Below are positions 36,996-46,851 of a DNA stretch of 64,000 nt, piece after piece. A program made the translations under genes and the position numbers. How positions within the stretch are numbered: the first letter of the stretch is position 1; each line of letters starts with the position of its first letter. The stretch is from NCBI GenBank assembly GCA_032250835.1, contig JAVVEA010000003.1, forward strand, positions 89,458 through 153,457, given 5' to 3'. Under the pieces are notes generated by a model, which was not told the origin of the DNA, ran no database searches, and saw nothing but the letters and a program-made list of their open reading frames with translations. The DNA comes from a bacterium (GTDB lineage Bacteria > SAR324 > XYD2-FULL-50-16).

Positions 36996-37996
36996 AACCG
37001 CAGGCCCATGGTGATCTGTTGGCTGCGACCCTCTTGGCTAGGGTCGCCGCCTAGTTCCATGGCGTAAACGTGGTCGGTGAATTGGTAGCCGATTTGGTAC
37101 CCCTTCTGGGGGACCCAGGAAAGGGTCAGTCTGCGCAATTGACTGCTACGCTCCACTTGAAATTGGTCGGCCACCTCGGCGAATTGTATCTGTTCGCTGT
37201 GCAGCCCCACCAAAAACCTCCCCATTTTTAATTCCAATTCCAATCGTTGCCTCTCTTCGTCAGGATGCAGCGTTGAGAGGTCGGTACCTTGGTGGGCATA
37301 GTTCGCTTGGCCTCTGGCCGCTTCGATGCGTACCTGGGCAAATCCGTTGGTCTTAAAGGCTAATGCCGCCCAGTTGCGGTTGAACTGGGTGGCTGCTTGG
37401 CTGAGCCGTTGCCGCTCAACCTGTTCTACCCCACCAGCCAAGTACAGCAGTCCGGCGAGCCGCAAGCTGAGGCTGGCGTTTTGACTGTTTTGATAGGTCG
37501 GGGCGCTTTGGTCTATGTGGATCGCTTGGTGCTGGGCCGCTAAGCCAAATCCGAGCGGGCCCAGCGGGAGGGCTAGGTTTAAATGGGTCCAATCGGCCTG
37601 CTGGTGGCTGACGCCGCCAGCGGACTTATGGCTACAGTTGTAGACCTCATCGACCTGACCACAATGGCTGGCTCCTTCAAGCCACAATAGGTCGGTGCTA
37701 CTGCGGGCAACCCAGGGCTCGACCCGGACCGGGCCGAGGGTAAAGCTACTGGTGATCTGCTGTCCCGAGCCGTTCCAGTCAATGGCGTCATCGCCGCCCA
37801 AGCCGTGGGTCTGCCAACTGGCTACATTGAGGCTGATTTGGTCGGTGGGCTCACCCTTTTCGTCGCTATCGCGCCATGCTAGAGCGGCAGGCAGCAGGCT
37901 GGGGTGGGAAGGGTCTAGAGAGGCAGTGGCCACTTGGGCGGCCAAGGGGCTGCTCCAAAGGGCCCAAAATAGAGTAGCTAGCAGAAGGATTTTCAT
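36992..37996 (-). CDS. Hypothetical secreted, probable outer-membrane beta-barrel protein
   Basis: Start ATG 37996 (MKILLLATLFWALWSSPLAA). Alternating amphipathic strands; ends ITMGLRF. Confidence 0.6.
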   Translation of the reverse strand: MKILLLATLFWALWSSPLAAQVATASLDPSHPSLLPAALAWRDSDEKGEPTDQISLNVASWQTHGLGGDDAIDWNGSGQQITSSFTLGPVRVEPWVARSSTDLLWLEGASHCGQVDEVYNCSHKSAGGVSHQQADWTHLNLALPLGPLGFGLAAQHQAIHIDQSAPTYQNSQNASLSLRLAGLLYLAGGVEQVERQRLSQAATQFNRNWAALAFKTNGFAQVRIEAARGQANYAHQGTDLSTLHPDEERQRLELELKMGRFLVGLHSEQIQFAEVADQFQVERSSQLRRLTLSWVPQKGYQIGYQFTDHVYAMELGGDPSQEGRSQQITMGLRF

Positions 37997-38110
37997 TTTC
38001 TTTGAGCAGGGCAACCGGTCAAGTTGACGGTTCCGGTCATCGGGGTTAAGGGATGCCTCGATGGTAATGCAAAAGGGGTGCAAGGGCTTTGAAGGCGGTG
38101 GTGAATCTAC

Positions 38111-39898
38111 CTAAAACCCTTTGCGCAGCGTAGACAGAGCCTGGGCCAGAAGTCCGCGGGCTTTAAGGGCCTGCTCCTTCTGCGGGGGCCTTTCGCGTAG
38201 GCCTTGGATTAAGGCACTACGGGGGCCTCTGTTCAGCGCTAATAAAATAGGCTCTTGCAACGATTTGGAGAGGCCGAAAAGGGCCTGTGCTAGCACCTCG
38301 GGGTCTAGGGTCGAGAGGCTCCGACGCAAAGACAAAGAATCTAGTTTAGGTAGCTCTTCCCAGGGGAAGTAAGATTGGCGAACCGCCGTCCCCAGGGCGA
38401 CTTCTTTCTCTTCGAGGCGCACCATAAATTCTTCGCGCTCCACGGGCCCTAAAGTTTCCAGCTTTTGCAAGGCTTCGCCTAAGGCTGTCGGGTCCACCTG
38501 TGCGGCGGCGCGTTGTTCTTCAAGACGGGTCTGGAGGCCTCGGGCGATTTGAGCCAGCAGGTCGGGCGCCAAGCTGCGCTTCTTTTTACGTTCCTCGGCT
38601 AGGGAAGCGGGGTGTTGCAGCCTTTCGGCCAAGGCCTCGGCTTCGCCGTTCCAATGCCGCAAAACCAGGGCCTGGATCAGGGGGGTTTCCTCAACGATCA
38701 ACCGGTAGATTTCATCGCTTTCGGCGTCTTTTAAGAAGGCCAAGGCCTTCTGTTCTTCTGGCAGGCTGGCGTGGGGCGTGGGGCTTGGGGCCACGGGTTT
38801 TTTGGGGGCCGGTTCTGCCGGGGCTGCGGGCTGAGTTTGGGCCTTTTGTTTTTCGTCCTTTAGGTGGCGCAACTTATCTAAGAAAAAGTGCTGGTGTAGT
38901 TCCATCAGCAGCTTATTCTCTTCCTCGGGACTAAAAAACAAGTCAGCTGCTTCGCTGAGCAACTCGGCGATGCGCGGCTTTTCAAGGGCTTCGCCAAAGG
39001 CTTGTTGGCTGCGGCCGGGGCCGAAGACGGCCATGATCCGCGCGAGCCCCCTGGGGCCCCGGTCTACGGCCAGTTCACGGGCCCAGTCGGGTTGGAGGCG
39101 GAGTAATTCACACAGGTCTGTTTTGACGCTATCTAAGTCGAGGTCACTATTTTCTTTAAAGAGCCCTTTAAAGTCTTTGAGCTCCGTAAAATCCACCTCC
39201 CCTTCAACCTTCAAGTGCGCCAAACGAGCCATGTCTTTCTCGGGGCTTTCGGCACGGCGGCGCAGGAATAGAGCCAAGACCAATACAGCGGCCACCGAAA
39301 GGCCCAAACCCCAGATCAGGTAGGGTTGCTCGCGGTCCATGATGGGCTCTTGGCTGGGCTCATCTTGAAGGGGTTCCAGAGAGCGGGGTGCGTTGGCCGG
39401 TTTGAGCGTTAAGTCGGAGGTGGTCGCTGGGGGCTCTTCGGGCGTGGCTTCTGGCGGGGCCGCTGGTGCCGTACTTTGGGCAACCCCTAAATCCAACCAG
39501 TCTCCTTTAGCCAAGGGGCCGATTTTCTGGGCCAAGGCGGATTGGAGTTTTTGGGCCGCCTGATCCGACAAAGGACCGGTGAAGTTGAGCTTAACTTGGA
39601 TTCCCTGGGCGGTAAACCCACCCCCGCCCAGTTGAGCCGTAAGGTCGGGTACAATCCGACCATCGCTCAGGCGTTTGGATTTTTGGGCTACCTTACCTTG
39701 GCCTAGGTTTTTTTGCGGGGCCCAGGTGATTTTGACTAGCGCCGGGCTCGACAACGGGAGCCCCTGTTCGGCGGCTACCGCTTCGGCCTGCCGAGCTAGG
39801 CGGTCCTCCTCTAGCAAAGGCGCAGTAACGCCTTGGGCCCAAAGGGGGGCAGCCAAGAAGGGCCAAGATAAAATGAGGGCAAGAAGGTTTAATCGCAT
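38111..39898 (-). CDS. FliF(RBM3)-like / TM / FliG-M-C-like fusion protein
   Basis: Signal peptide; PLSDQAAQKLQSALAQKIG..KGDWLDL (FliF-C-like); single TM; AFLKDAESDEIYRLIVEETPLIQALVL (FliG EHPQ region); YFPWEELPKLDSLSLRRSLSTLDPEVLAQALFG (FliG-C). Confidence 0.7.
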   Translation of the reverse strand: MRLNLLALILSWPFLAAPLWAQGVTAPLLEEDRLARQAEAVAAEQGLPLSSPALVKITWAPQKNLGQGKVAQKSKRLSDGRIVPDLTAQLGGGGFTAQGIQVKLNFTGPLSDQAAQKLQSALAQKIGPLAKGDWLDLGVAQSTAPAAPPEATPEEPPATTSDLTLKPANAPRSLEPLQDEPSQEPIMDREQPYLIWGLGLSVAAVLVLALFLRRRAESPEKDMARLAHLKVEGEVDFTELKDFKGLFKENSDLDLDSVKTDLCELLRLQPDWARELAVDRGPRGLARIMAVFGPGRSQQAFGEALEKPRIAELLSEAADLFFSPEEENKLLMELHQHFFLDKLRHLKDEKQKAQTQPAAPAEPAPKKPVAPSPTPHASLPEEQKALAFLKDAESDEIYRLIVEETPLIQALVLRHWNGEAEALAERLQHPASLAEERKKKRSLAPDLLAQIARGLQTRLEEQRAAAQVDPTALGEALQKLETLGPVEREEFMVRLEEKEVALGTAVRQSYFPWEELPKLDSLSLRRSLSTLDPEVLAQALFGLSKSLQEPILLALNRGPRSALIQGLRERPPQKEQALKARGLLAQALSTLRKGF

Positions 39899-40208
39899 AG
39901 GAGCTGGATAACTGATTTGGCGGCAGTATAGGTCAAACGGGGCGCAGAGGAAAGGGCTAAAATAGGGACCAGCCGTTACAATTTGTTACAATAGTTCACC
40001 TAGGGTTCATGACCTCTGGAGGCCAAGGGTATAGAAATGGGACTATATGGGGTAGCGGGTGCCACCGGGGATTAGTCAAGAATCCTTAAATTTTAGTCTT
40101 TAGCCTTAAATCCTACCCCATTATGTCCCTTGTGCGAAGTATAATTTGAGCGCATATTTTTAGCAGTTCAATTGATCGGATAGTTGCTTTAACAGATTGA
40201 GGAAAAAG

Positions 40209-40820
40209 ATGAACGATCTGAGAAGGATTAAGGGCGAACGCACCCGCAGGCGGATCATGACCTCCGCTTCGAAGCTGCTTGACGAAAAGGGCGTGAAAGG
40301 CTTGAGCACTCGCAATATCGCCCGTGCCGCCGGACTGAGCCAGTCCAGCCTCTACCACCATTTCGAAGACCTCGACGCAATCCTCTTCGAAACCATGATG
40401 GCCAAGACCCGCGCGGTCTTAGAAATTGCCGGGAGCCAAAACAGTGAGAGCCTAGAAGATTACTTCAAGGCCCTCTTCGAGTTTATTTTGGCGGGAGTCA
40501 AGCCCGACCACGCCGCCAAAGGGTATTTCACCATTTTCGACCGTGCCATGCACGACCCGGTTTTTTATAACCGTTTAGTGAAGATGAGCCGTGACTTACA
40601 GGCTGAACTATTGGAGAATATCCAACGGGTTTTGGGCAAGCCCATCGCCCCAGAAACACTTGAACTGATTGGTTTTGGTTTGAACCTTCTGCGTGAAGGC
40701 TTCTTGAGCCACATCCACATCCACCGCCAAGAGAGCCCGGTAAAGGCTCCTGAAGACTTGGCCCGCGAACTCTTTGGACTCTATGGACGTTGGATGGAGC
40801 AACTGGCGCATGCCAGTTGA
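40209..40820 (+). CDS. TetR/AcrR family regulator
   Basis: TRRRIMTSASKLLDEKG...STRNIARAAGLSQSSLYHHF HTH. Confidence 0.92.
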   Translation: MNDLRRIKGERTRRRIMTSASKLLDEKGVKGLSTRNIARAAGLSQSSLYHHFEDLDAILFETMMAKTRAVLEIAGSQNSESLEDYFKALFEFILAGVKPDHAAKGYFTIFDRAMHDPVFYNRLVKMSRDLQAELLENIQRVLGKPIAPETLELIGFGLNLLREGFLSHIHIHRQESPVKAPEDLARELFGLYGRWMEQLAHAS

Positions 40821-42393
40821 TCGTTTCTTTAAAGCATGGCTGTGGTTGGGTTGTTTCTGCTTGCTCCCTCTGGGTGCGGCCCAGGCCCAAATGAACGCCA
40901 TTGACCCCGAGATCCTCAAGGAACTGAAACTGGTCCAAAGGGACGGGCAAGACCTGCTGCAAATCAGCCTCAAGGCGGTTTTGAAAATCGCCCAAGACCG
41001 AGCCCCCCAATTGGCGGTAATCGCCAATCAGTTAGAGGCCGCTAGGCGCAATCAAGAAGCAAATCAAGGGGTTGAACCGGTGTTATGGACCTCTAGCGCC
41101 CAGCAAAACCGTTCGGTCAGCCCTTCGAGCTTTTTGTTGACCGGTGCCACCGGTGCCTCGGACTACCTGAGCTTAACGGGCAGCAACCAGCAGGTCCTTT
41201 CGACGGGCTTGAGCCATAAAACTAAATGGGGCCTTAAGTACGGCCTCACCTACCAACGGGCCAGCAGCTTAACCCAGTTCTCTTCGATTGCCGCCGCCGG
41301 AGACGCCGCCGGGGATTGGAGCGACTATGACCAAACTATTTATTCCGACGCCTTAGTGGCCGAGGCAACCTTGCCTTTGCTGAAGGGGTTTGGTGAGGTC
41401 AACCGCGACGGGGAACGCCGGGCCGAGGCTAACTACCGCGCCACCAGCCTACAAGGTGACTTAAGCACCCGCGACCTGTTGGGGCAGATTGCCTCGATCT
41501 ATTGGGATTTGGTGGGGGTGCACGAAAGCATCAAGGCGCTCAAACATTCCTTAGAGTTAGCCCGCCAGTTCCACCAAGACAACTTGGTGCGTTTCCGATT
41601 AGGTGCCATCGACGCCACCGAGGTCAAGCTGAGCGAGACCCAACGGGCCCTGGCCGAACGCAATCTGCTTTCGGCGCAGATCGACCGCCAACAGATTGAA
41701 GACCAAATCCGCATCATTTTGGGGCTTAAAGACCTGGACGTGGCCTACGAACCCACCGAAGTACCCCAGCTCAAGCCGGTGCCCGGCAACCGCAAGGAAC
41801 TGGTCGAAAAGGCCCTGGCCACCGATCCTTCGGTGAAGCTCTACAAAGAACAAATCGAGCTAAACCGCCTCGACGAAATCCAAGCCAAGGACCGGCTTTC
41901 GTCTAGCCTCGACTTCGGGCTTAAGTACCAGCTCAACGGCTTCGGCAAAGACACCAGCACCGCCACTTCCAGCCTGGGTGACGCTGGTTTGGTCGGCTAC
42001 AGCGTGGGATTGACTTGGTCGGTGCCGCTCTTTGACCGCCGCCCCAACGAAAAATTGGCTCAGGTGCGTTTAGAACGCGACAGCTTAGAAACCCAATACA
42101 TTGACGCCAAGGACCAACTTCAAGCCAACCTGGGGGCGGTATTGCGCCGCTTGGAGCTGGGCCGCCAGTCCATTGAGTTGGCCCAAGTGGGGGCGGAATT
42201 GAACCAAGAGCTGTACCAGAAGGAACGCGCGAGGTTCCGGTTGGGCAACACCACTAGCTACCGGGTCGATCAAGTCCGCCAGGACATGCTTGACAGTGAG
42301 ATCAGCTTGGCTCAAGCGAAGATTGCCTACGAAAAAACCTACCTACAGTTGATGCTGTTAACCGACCAGTTTGAGGCCCATTATGAATTATAA
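40810..42393 (+). CDS. TolC family outer-membrane efflux protein
   Basis: Signal peptide; duplicated OEP pattern (YWDLV...RFRLG; ...ERARFRLG); heads the MFP-RND operon. Confidence 0.88.
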   Translation: MPVDRFFKAWLWLGCFCLLPLGAAQAQMNAIDPEILKELKLVQRDGQDLLQISLKAVLKIAQDRAPQLAVIANQLEAARRNQEANQGVEPVLWTSSAQQNRSVSPSSFLLTGATGASDYLSLTGSNQQVLSTGLSHKTKWGLKYGLTYQRASSLTQFSSIAAAGDAAGDWSDYDQTIYSDALVAEATLPLLKGFGEVNRDGERRAEANYRATSLQGDLSTRDLLGQIASIYWDLVGVHESIKALKHSLELARQFHQDNLVRFRLGAIDATEVKLSETQRALAERNLLSAQIDRQQIEDQIRIILGLKDLDVAYEPTEVPQLKPVPGNRKELVEKALATDPSVKLYKEQIELNRLDEIQAKDRLSSSLDFGLKYQLNGFGKDTSTATSSLGDAGLVGYSVGLTWSVPLFDRRPNEKLAQVRLERDSLETQYIDAKDQLQANLGAVLRRLELGRQSIELAQVGAELNQELYQKERARFRLGNTTSYRVDQVRQDMLDSEISLAQAKIAYEKTYLQLMLLTDQFEAHYEL

Positions 42394-43420
42394 AGCCCTC
42401 GGGGTTTTGCTGGCCGCCCTTTGGTGCCAAAATGCGCTGGCCCAAGAGCCCCCAGCCAAGCGCTTGCCTAACGTGGAAGTGTTGGTGTTAGCTCCGCGTC
42501 CGCTAACCCATTATTCCACCTACATGGGCCATATTGAACCGATGGAGCGGGCGAGCCTCAGCGCCGAATTGGCGGGCACCGTTGAGTCGGCTGATTTTGT
42601 CGAAGGGCAGTCGGTCAAGAAGGGGCAAATCTTGGTGCAGATCGAAACCAAGCGTCTGGGCCTCAACTTTCGGTTAGCTCGCTCCAATTATGAGCTGGCC
42701 CGAGACGAATTTGAGCGCGAGGCGCAGCTCTTTAAAAATAACTTAAGCAACCAAGCCAAATTGACCCAAGCCAAAAACCGCCAGGAAGTGGCCCAAGTAC
42801 AGATGGAATTGGCCCAGTTGGACTTGGACAAAAGCCAAGTCAGTGCGCCCTTTGACGGGGTGGTCTCGAAGAAGTCGGTGGACCGGGGCGAATATCTAGG
42901 CAAAGGGGCCCCGATGTTGGAGGTGTTGAGCCTGTCTAAGGTTAAGGCCAAGGTCAACGTGCCGGAGCGGGAAATCGGCTATGTCGCCCCAGGACGCAAA
43001 GTGGTGGTCACGCTCGACGCGCTGGGGGACCGGGTCTTTGAAGGCCAGATCCAGTCTTTGGGCCTCGAAGCGGACTCAAAAAGCCGCAGCTTCCCGGTGG
43101 AAGTGGTGGTTGATAACCCGCAGCAGGCCCTGTTGGCGGGTATGTTGGCGAGGGTGAAGATGGTCACCATGAACTTAGAAAAGCAGGTGATCATCCCGCG
43201 TGATGCGATCATGGAAGACGAGACCGGTTCTTATGTTTTTGTGCTCGGCGGGGGGATGGTGGTCCGTCGGCCCGTTTTGAGCGGTATCGCCTTGGGTGAC
43301 GAGGTACAGGTTAAAAAGGGGTTGGCCTTTGGTGACCGTTTGGTGGTGGTGGGCCAACAGTTGGTCACTCATCAGGAGCCGGTAAAGGTGCTAAAGTCGA
43401 TGAACCAAGCAGGCCAGTAA
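42383..43420 (+). CDS. RND efflux periplasmic adaptor (membrane fusion protein)
   Basis: Lipoyl halves EGQSVKKGQILV and APFDGVV; LLAGMLARV; IPRDAI; GDRLVVVG. Confidence 0.92.
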   Translation: MNYKALGVLLAALWCQNALAQEPPAKRLPNVEVLVLAPRPLTHYSTYMGHIEPMERASLSAELAGTVESADFVEGQSVKKGQILVQIETKRLGLNFRLARSNYELARDEFEREAQLFKNNLSNQAKLTQAKNRQEVAQVQMELAQLDLDKSQVSAPFDGVVSKKSVDRGEYLGKGAPMLEVLSLSKVKAKVNVPEREIGYVAPGRKVVVTLDALGDRVFEGQIQSLGLEADSKSRSFPVEVVVDNPQQALLAGMLARVKMVTMNLEKQVIIPRDAIMEDETGSYVFVLGGGMVVRRPVLSGIALGDEVQVKKGLAFGDRLVVVGQQLVTHQEPVKVLKSMNQAGQ

Positions 43421-43429
43421 AGGGGTTTT

Positions 43430-46400
43430 ATGAGATTTCTGCCCAGTGATTTAGCGATCCGGCGGCCCGCATCGGTGTATATCTTCATCTTCATCTTGGT
43501 GATCATGGGGTTTAGCGCCTATGAGGCCCTTCCGCGCGAATCCGCCCCGGATGTGCAAATCCCCTTGTTGATCGTGACCATCCCTTATCCAGGGGCGAGC
43601 CCCGAAGACGTGGAAGCGCTGATCACCCATAAGGTGGAAAATGAGTTACAGGGTTTAGACAACCTAAAAAAGCTCAAAAGCACCTCTACCGAGGGGGCCG
43701 CGATGATCACCCTAGAATTCCATCTAGGCTTTGACATCGACGACGCCCGCACCAAGACGCGCGAGGGTTTGGATAAGGTCATGCCCGAGTTGCCTAGCGA
43801 CGCCGAAGACGCGATCATCTCGGAAGTGAACCTCTCGGAGCGACCGATCTTGATCGTCAACTTGGCGGGTAAATATGACCTGTTCCAACTCAAAGAAATT
43901 GCCGAAGACCTCAAGGACCGCCTCGAGGGTATCCCCGGCGTTTTGGAAGTCAAGCGCGCTGGCGGCTTAGAGCGGGAAGTCCAGGTCTCGGTAGACCCGG
44001 AAAAACTGAACTATTACAGCCTAGACCTCAACCAAGTCAGCAACACCATCTCTAACGAGAACAAAACCATCCCCGCTGGTGATCTGACCTTAGGCAGCAT
44101 GAAATACATGATCCGCGTCCCCGGCGAGATCGAACAGCCCGATGAGATCCGCGAGATGGTGGTTTCTGCGCCCAATCAGGTGCCCATCTACATCAAAGAC
44201 GTGGCTCAGGTTCGCTTCGGCTTTAAAGAGGTGACCAGCCGCTCTAGGCTCAATGGCATGGACTCCGTCAGCTTGAGTGTCTCTAAGAAGAGCGGCGAAA
44301 ACATCATCTTTATCGCCGACCGGGTCCGCGAGATTATCGCCGAAGAACAGGAACGCCAGGGTGACAGCCTCCAATTCACCATCTTAAACGATGAATCCAA
44401 ACGCATCCGCAGCATGGTCAGCGATTTGGAAAACAACATCTATACGGGCCTGATCTTTGTGGTGGGGTCGTTGATGTTGGTGATGGGATTGGCTACCAGC
44501 CTCTTTATTGGGGTGGCCATCCCCATCAGCATGTTGCTGAGCTTTATTGTGCTTAGTTGGGCGGGGATCACCCTGAACTTTGTGGTGCTCTTCTCCTTGA
44601 TGCTGGCTTTGGGGATGTTGGTGGACAATGCTATTGTGGTGGTCGAAAATATCTACCGGCATATGGAACAAGGCCTAACGCCCATTGAAGCCGCCCAGGT
44701 CGGGGTTGGTGAGGTGGCCGTTCCGGTGATCACCTCCACCTTGACTACCTTAGCGGCTTTTATGCCGCTGTTGTTTATGCCCGGTATTGCCGGGGATTTT
44801 ATGTCTTACCTGCCCAAGACCCTGATCATCACCCTGACGGCGTCGCTCTTTGTGGGGTTGATCCTCAACCCGGTCTTCTGTTCGACCTTGATGCGGTCTC
44901 ACGGCACCCACCACGAGGCAACCCCAGACGAGATGGCCGCTAAGAGCCGGATTCTAAAAGTCTACCGCAAAAGTCTCGAATGGGCCTTGGACAATCGCTG
45001 GAAGGTGATGGGGATTGTGGTGGTCGCCTGGATTGCTATGGCGGGAATCTATTTTGCCTTGGTCTTGCCTAAGGCCGGGGTGGAGTTTTTCCCCTCCTCA
45101 GAGCCCGGTTCGGCGACTTTGCATGTAGAGGCCCCCTTCGGCAGCACCCTTGAAACCTCGGACCATCTGGTCCAAGAGATCGAAAAGGACTTAGAAAAAT
45201 ATTACGACCATACCGAAGCGATTGTGGCCAATGTGGGCCAGCGCCAAGGCAGCAGCGGTCAGGGCGGACGCGAGACCCACAACAGCCACATCACTCTGTC
45301 TTTCCCAGACTGGCAAGAGCGGACCAAGCAGCCTAGCGAGATCATGAACGAGATCCGGGCCAGCCTGGACCAATATTCGGGCGCTCTGCTGCGCCTGACT
45401 AAACCCCAGGGCGGCCCGCCGACGGGAAAGCCGATCAACCTGGAAATCTCGGGTCCCGATTCGGCCCAACTCAAGCGGTTGTCCTTGACGGTTCAGTCGA
45501 AGATTAAGGACCTCAAAGGCTTGGTTAACTTAGAAGACGACATGTCGGCGACCCGCTCGGAGATTCAGGTTCTGATGGATCGCCAGAAATTGGCCCAGTC
45601 TGGCCTGAGCACTTCTCAGGTGGCCAACATCATCCGCACCGCCTTTAATGGGCGCGAGGTGTCCACCTGGCGGGTGGGTAAAGATGAATATGATATTGTG
45701 GTCCGTTTAGACCCTCGTTACCGGACCAATATTACGGACATCCAGGGGCTTTATATCAAGACCCCGGCGGGCGACAGCATCGCCTTAAGCGAGTTGGCGG
45801 AGATCAAGACCGCCGCCGCTAAAGGCTCGATCCGCCACATTGGCCTCAAAACGGTGATCACCGTCAGCGCCGATGCCGAAGGCGTACCGGGAGCCACCTT
45901 GTTGGGTCAAGTGCGTGACCGCTTAGAGGGCTTCGAGCTGCCCAAGGGGTATTTGATCAACTATACGGGCGAAAACGAGGCGCAACAGGAGATGCAGAGC
46001 TATCTCGGGAAGAGCTTTATGATTGCTATCTTCCTGATATTCCTAATCCTTGTGACTCAGTTTAATTCGGTCTATTTGCCCTTCATTATCCTCAGTTCCG
46101 TCTTTTTGTCCTTGATGGGGGTGTTTCTGGGCTGGACCCTGCACTTTAGCCCGCTGTCGATCATGATGGGCGGGATAGGCATCATTTCATTGGCCGGTGT
46201 GGTGGTGAATAATGCCATTGTTTTGATCGACTATATCGGCCAAATGCGCGCCGAAGGGCGGGATATGCGCGAGGCGGTGGTGCTCTCGGGCATGCTGCGG
46301 TTGCGTCCGGTGATGATGACCGCCGTGACCACTATTTTGGGCTTGATCCCTATTGTGTTGGGCATGGACATCAACTTTTACCGCCCCGGTATCGTCTCCT

Positions 46401-46849
46401 TCGGTTCCGACTCGGCCCAGATGTGGCAGCCCATGGCCCGCTCGGTGGTTTACGGCTTGGCGGTGGCTACGCTGCTGACGTTGATCGTGGTGCCGGTGAT
46501 CTATTCACTGATCGAGTCCTTTAAGGATGCCAGTGGCCGGGCGGCCAAACAGGTGGGGCGGCAGGTGGCACAGCCGATGGGACGGCTCAGAGAGGCCCTA
46601 CCTGATTTTAGCCTAAGCGGGGCGGCCGAACGGATGTTTAATGGCTCCCAACAAAAGACCGCCAGCCCGCGTGCCGCCGCAGACGAGGAACCCTACCAGA
46701 GTGAAGCGCCTGAGGCGGAGGTCTCGGCGTCACCGGATCCTAGTAAGACCCCAGAACCCGGGCCGCCCGAGGCCCCCGCACCCGGCCAAAGCACCCAGGC
46801 GGGTCCAGGGAAGATTAAATTGCCCGACTGGCTTAAACGAAAGGACTGA
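43430..46849 (+). CDS. RND efflux permease (AcrB/HAE1 type) with ~110-aa low-complexity C-terminal tail
   Basis: AIRRP, YPGASPEDVE, GMLVDNAIVVVEN, GVVVNNAIVLID and RLRPVMMT motifs. Confidence 0.95.
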   Translation: MRFLPSDLAIRRPASVYIFIFILVIMGFSAYEALPRESAPDVQIPLLIVTIPYPGASPEDVEALITHKVENELQGLDNLKKLKSTSTEGAAMITLEFHLGFDIDDARTKTREGLDKVMPELPSDAEDAIISEVNLSERPILIVNLAGKYDLFQLKEIAEDLKDRLEGIPGVLEVKRAGGLEREVQVSVDPEKLNYYSLDLNQVSNTISNENKTIPAGDLTLGSMKYMIRVPGEIEQPDEIREMVVSAPNQVPIYIKDVAQVRFGFKEVTSRSRLNGMDSVSLSVSKKSGENIIFIADRVREIIAEEQERQGDSLQFTILNDESKRIRSMVSDLENNIYTGLIFVVGSLMLVMGLATSLFIGVAIPISMLLSFIVLSWAGITLNFVVLFSLMLALGMLVDNAIVVVENIYRHMEQGLTPIEAAQVGVGEVAVPVITSTLTTLAAFMPLLFMPGIAGDFMSYLPKTLIITLTASLFVGLILNPVFCSTLMRSHGTHHEATPDEMAAKSRILKVYRKSLEWALDNRWKVMGIVVVAWIAMAGIYFALVLPKAGVEFFPSSEPGSATLHVEAPFGSTLETSDHLVQEIEKDLEKYYDHTEAIVANVGQRQGSSGQGGRETHNSHITLSFPDWQERTKQPSEIMNEIRASLDQYSGALLRLTKPQGGPPTGKPINLEISGPDSAQLKRLSLTVQSKIKDLKGLVNLEDDMSATRSEIQVLMDRQKLAQSGLSTSQVANIIRTAFNGREVSTWRVGKDEYDIVVRLDPRYRTNITDIQGLYIKTPAGDSIALSELAEIKTAAAKGSIRHIGLKTVITVSADAEGVPGATLLGQVRDRLEGFELPKGYLINYTGENEAQQEMQSYLGKSFMIAIFLIFLILVTQFNSVYLPFIILSSVFLSLMGVFLGWTLHFSPLSIMMGGIGIISLAGVVVNNAIVLIDYIGQMRAEGRDMREAVVLSGMLRLRPVMMTAVTTILGLIPIVLGMDINFYRPGIVSFGSDSAQMWQPMARSVVYGLAVATLLTLIVVPVIYSLIESFKDASGRAAKQVGRQVAQPMGRLREALPDFSLSGAAERMFNGSQQKTASPRAAADEEPYQSEAPEAEVSASPDPSKTPEPGPPEAPAPGQSTQAGPGKIKLPDWLKRKD

Positions 46850-46851
46850 TT

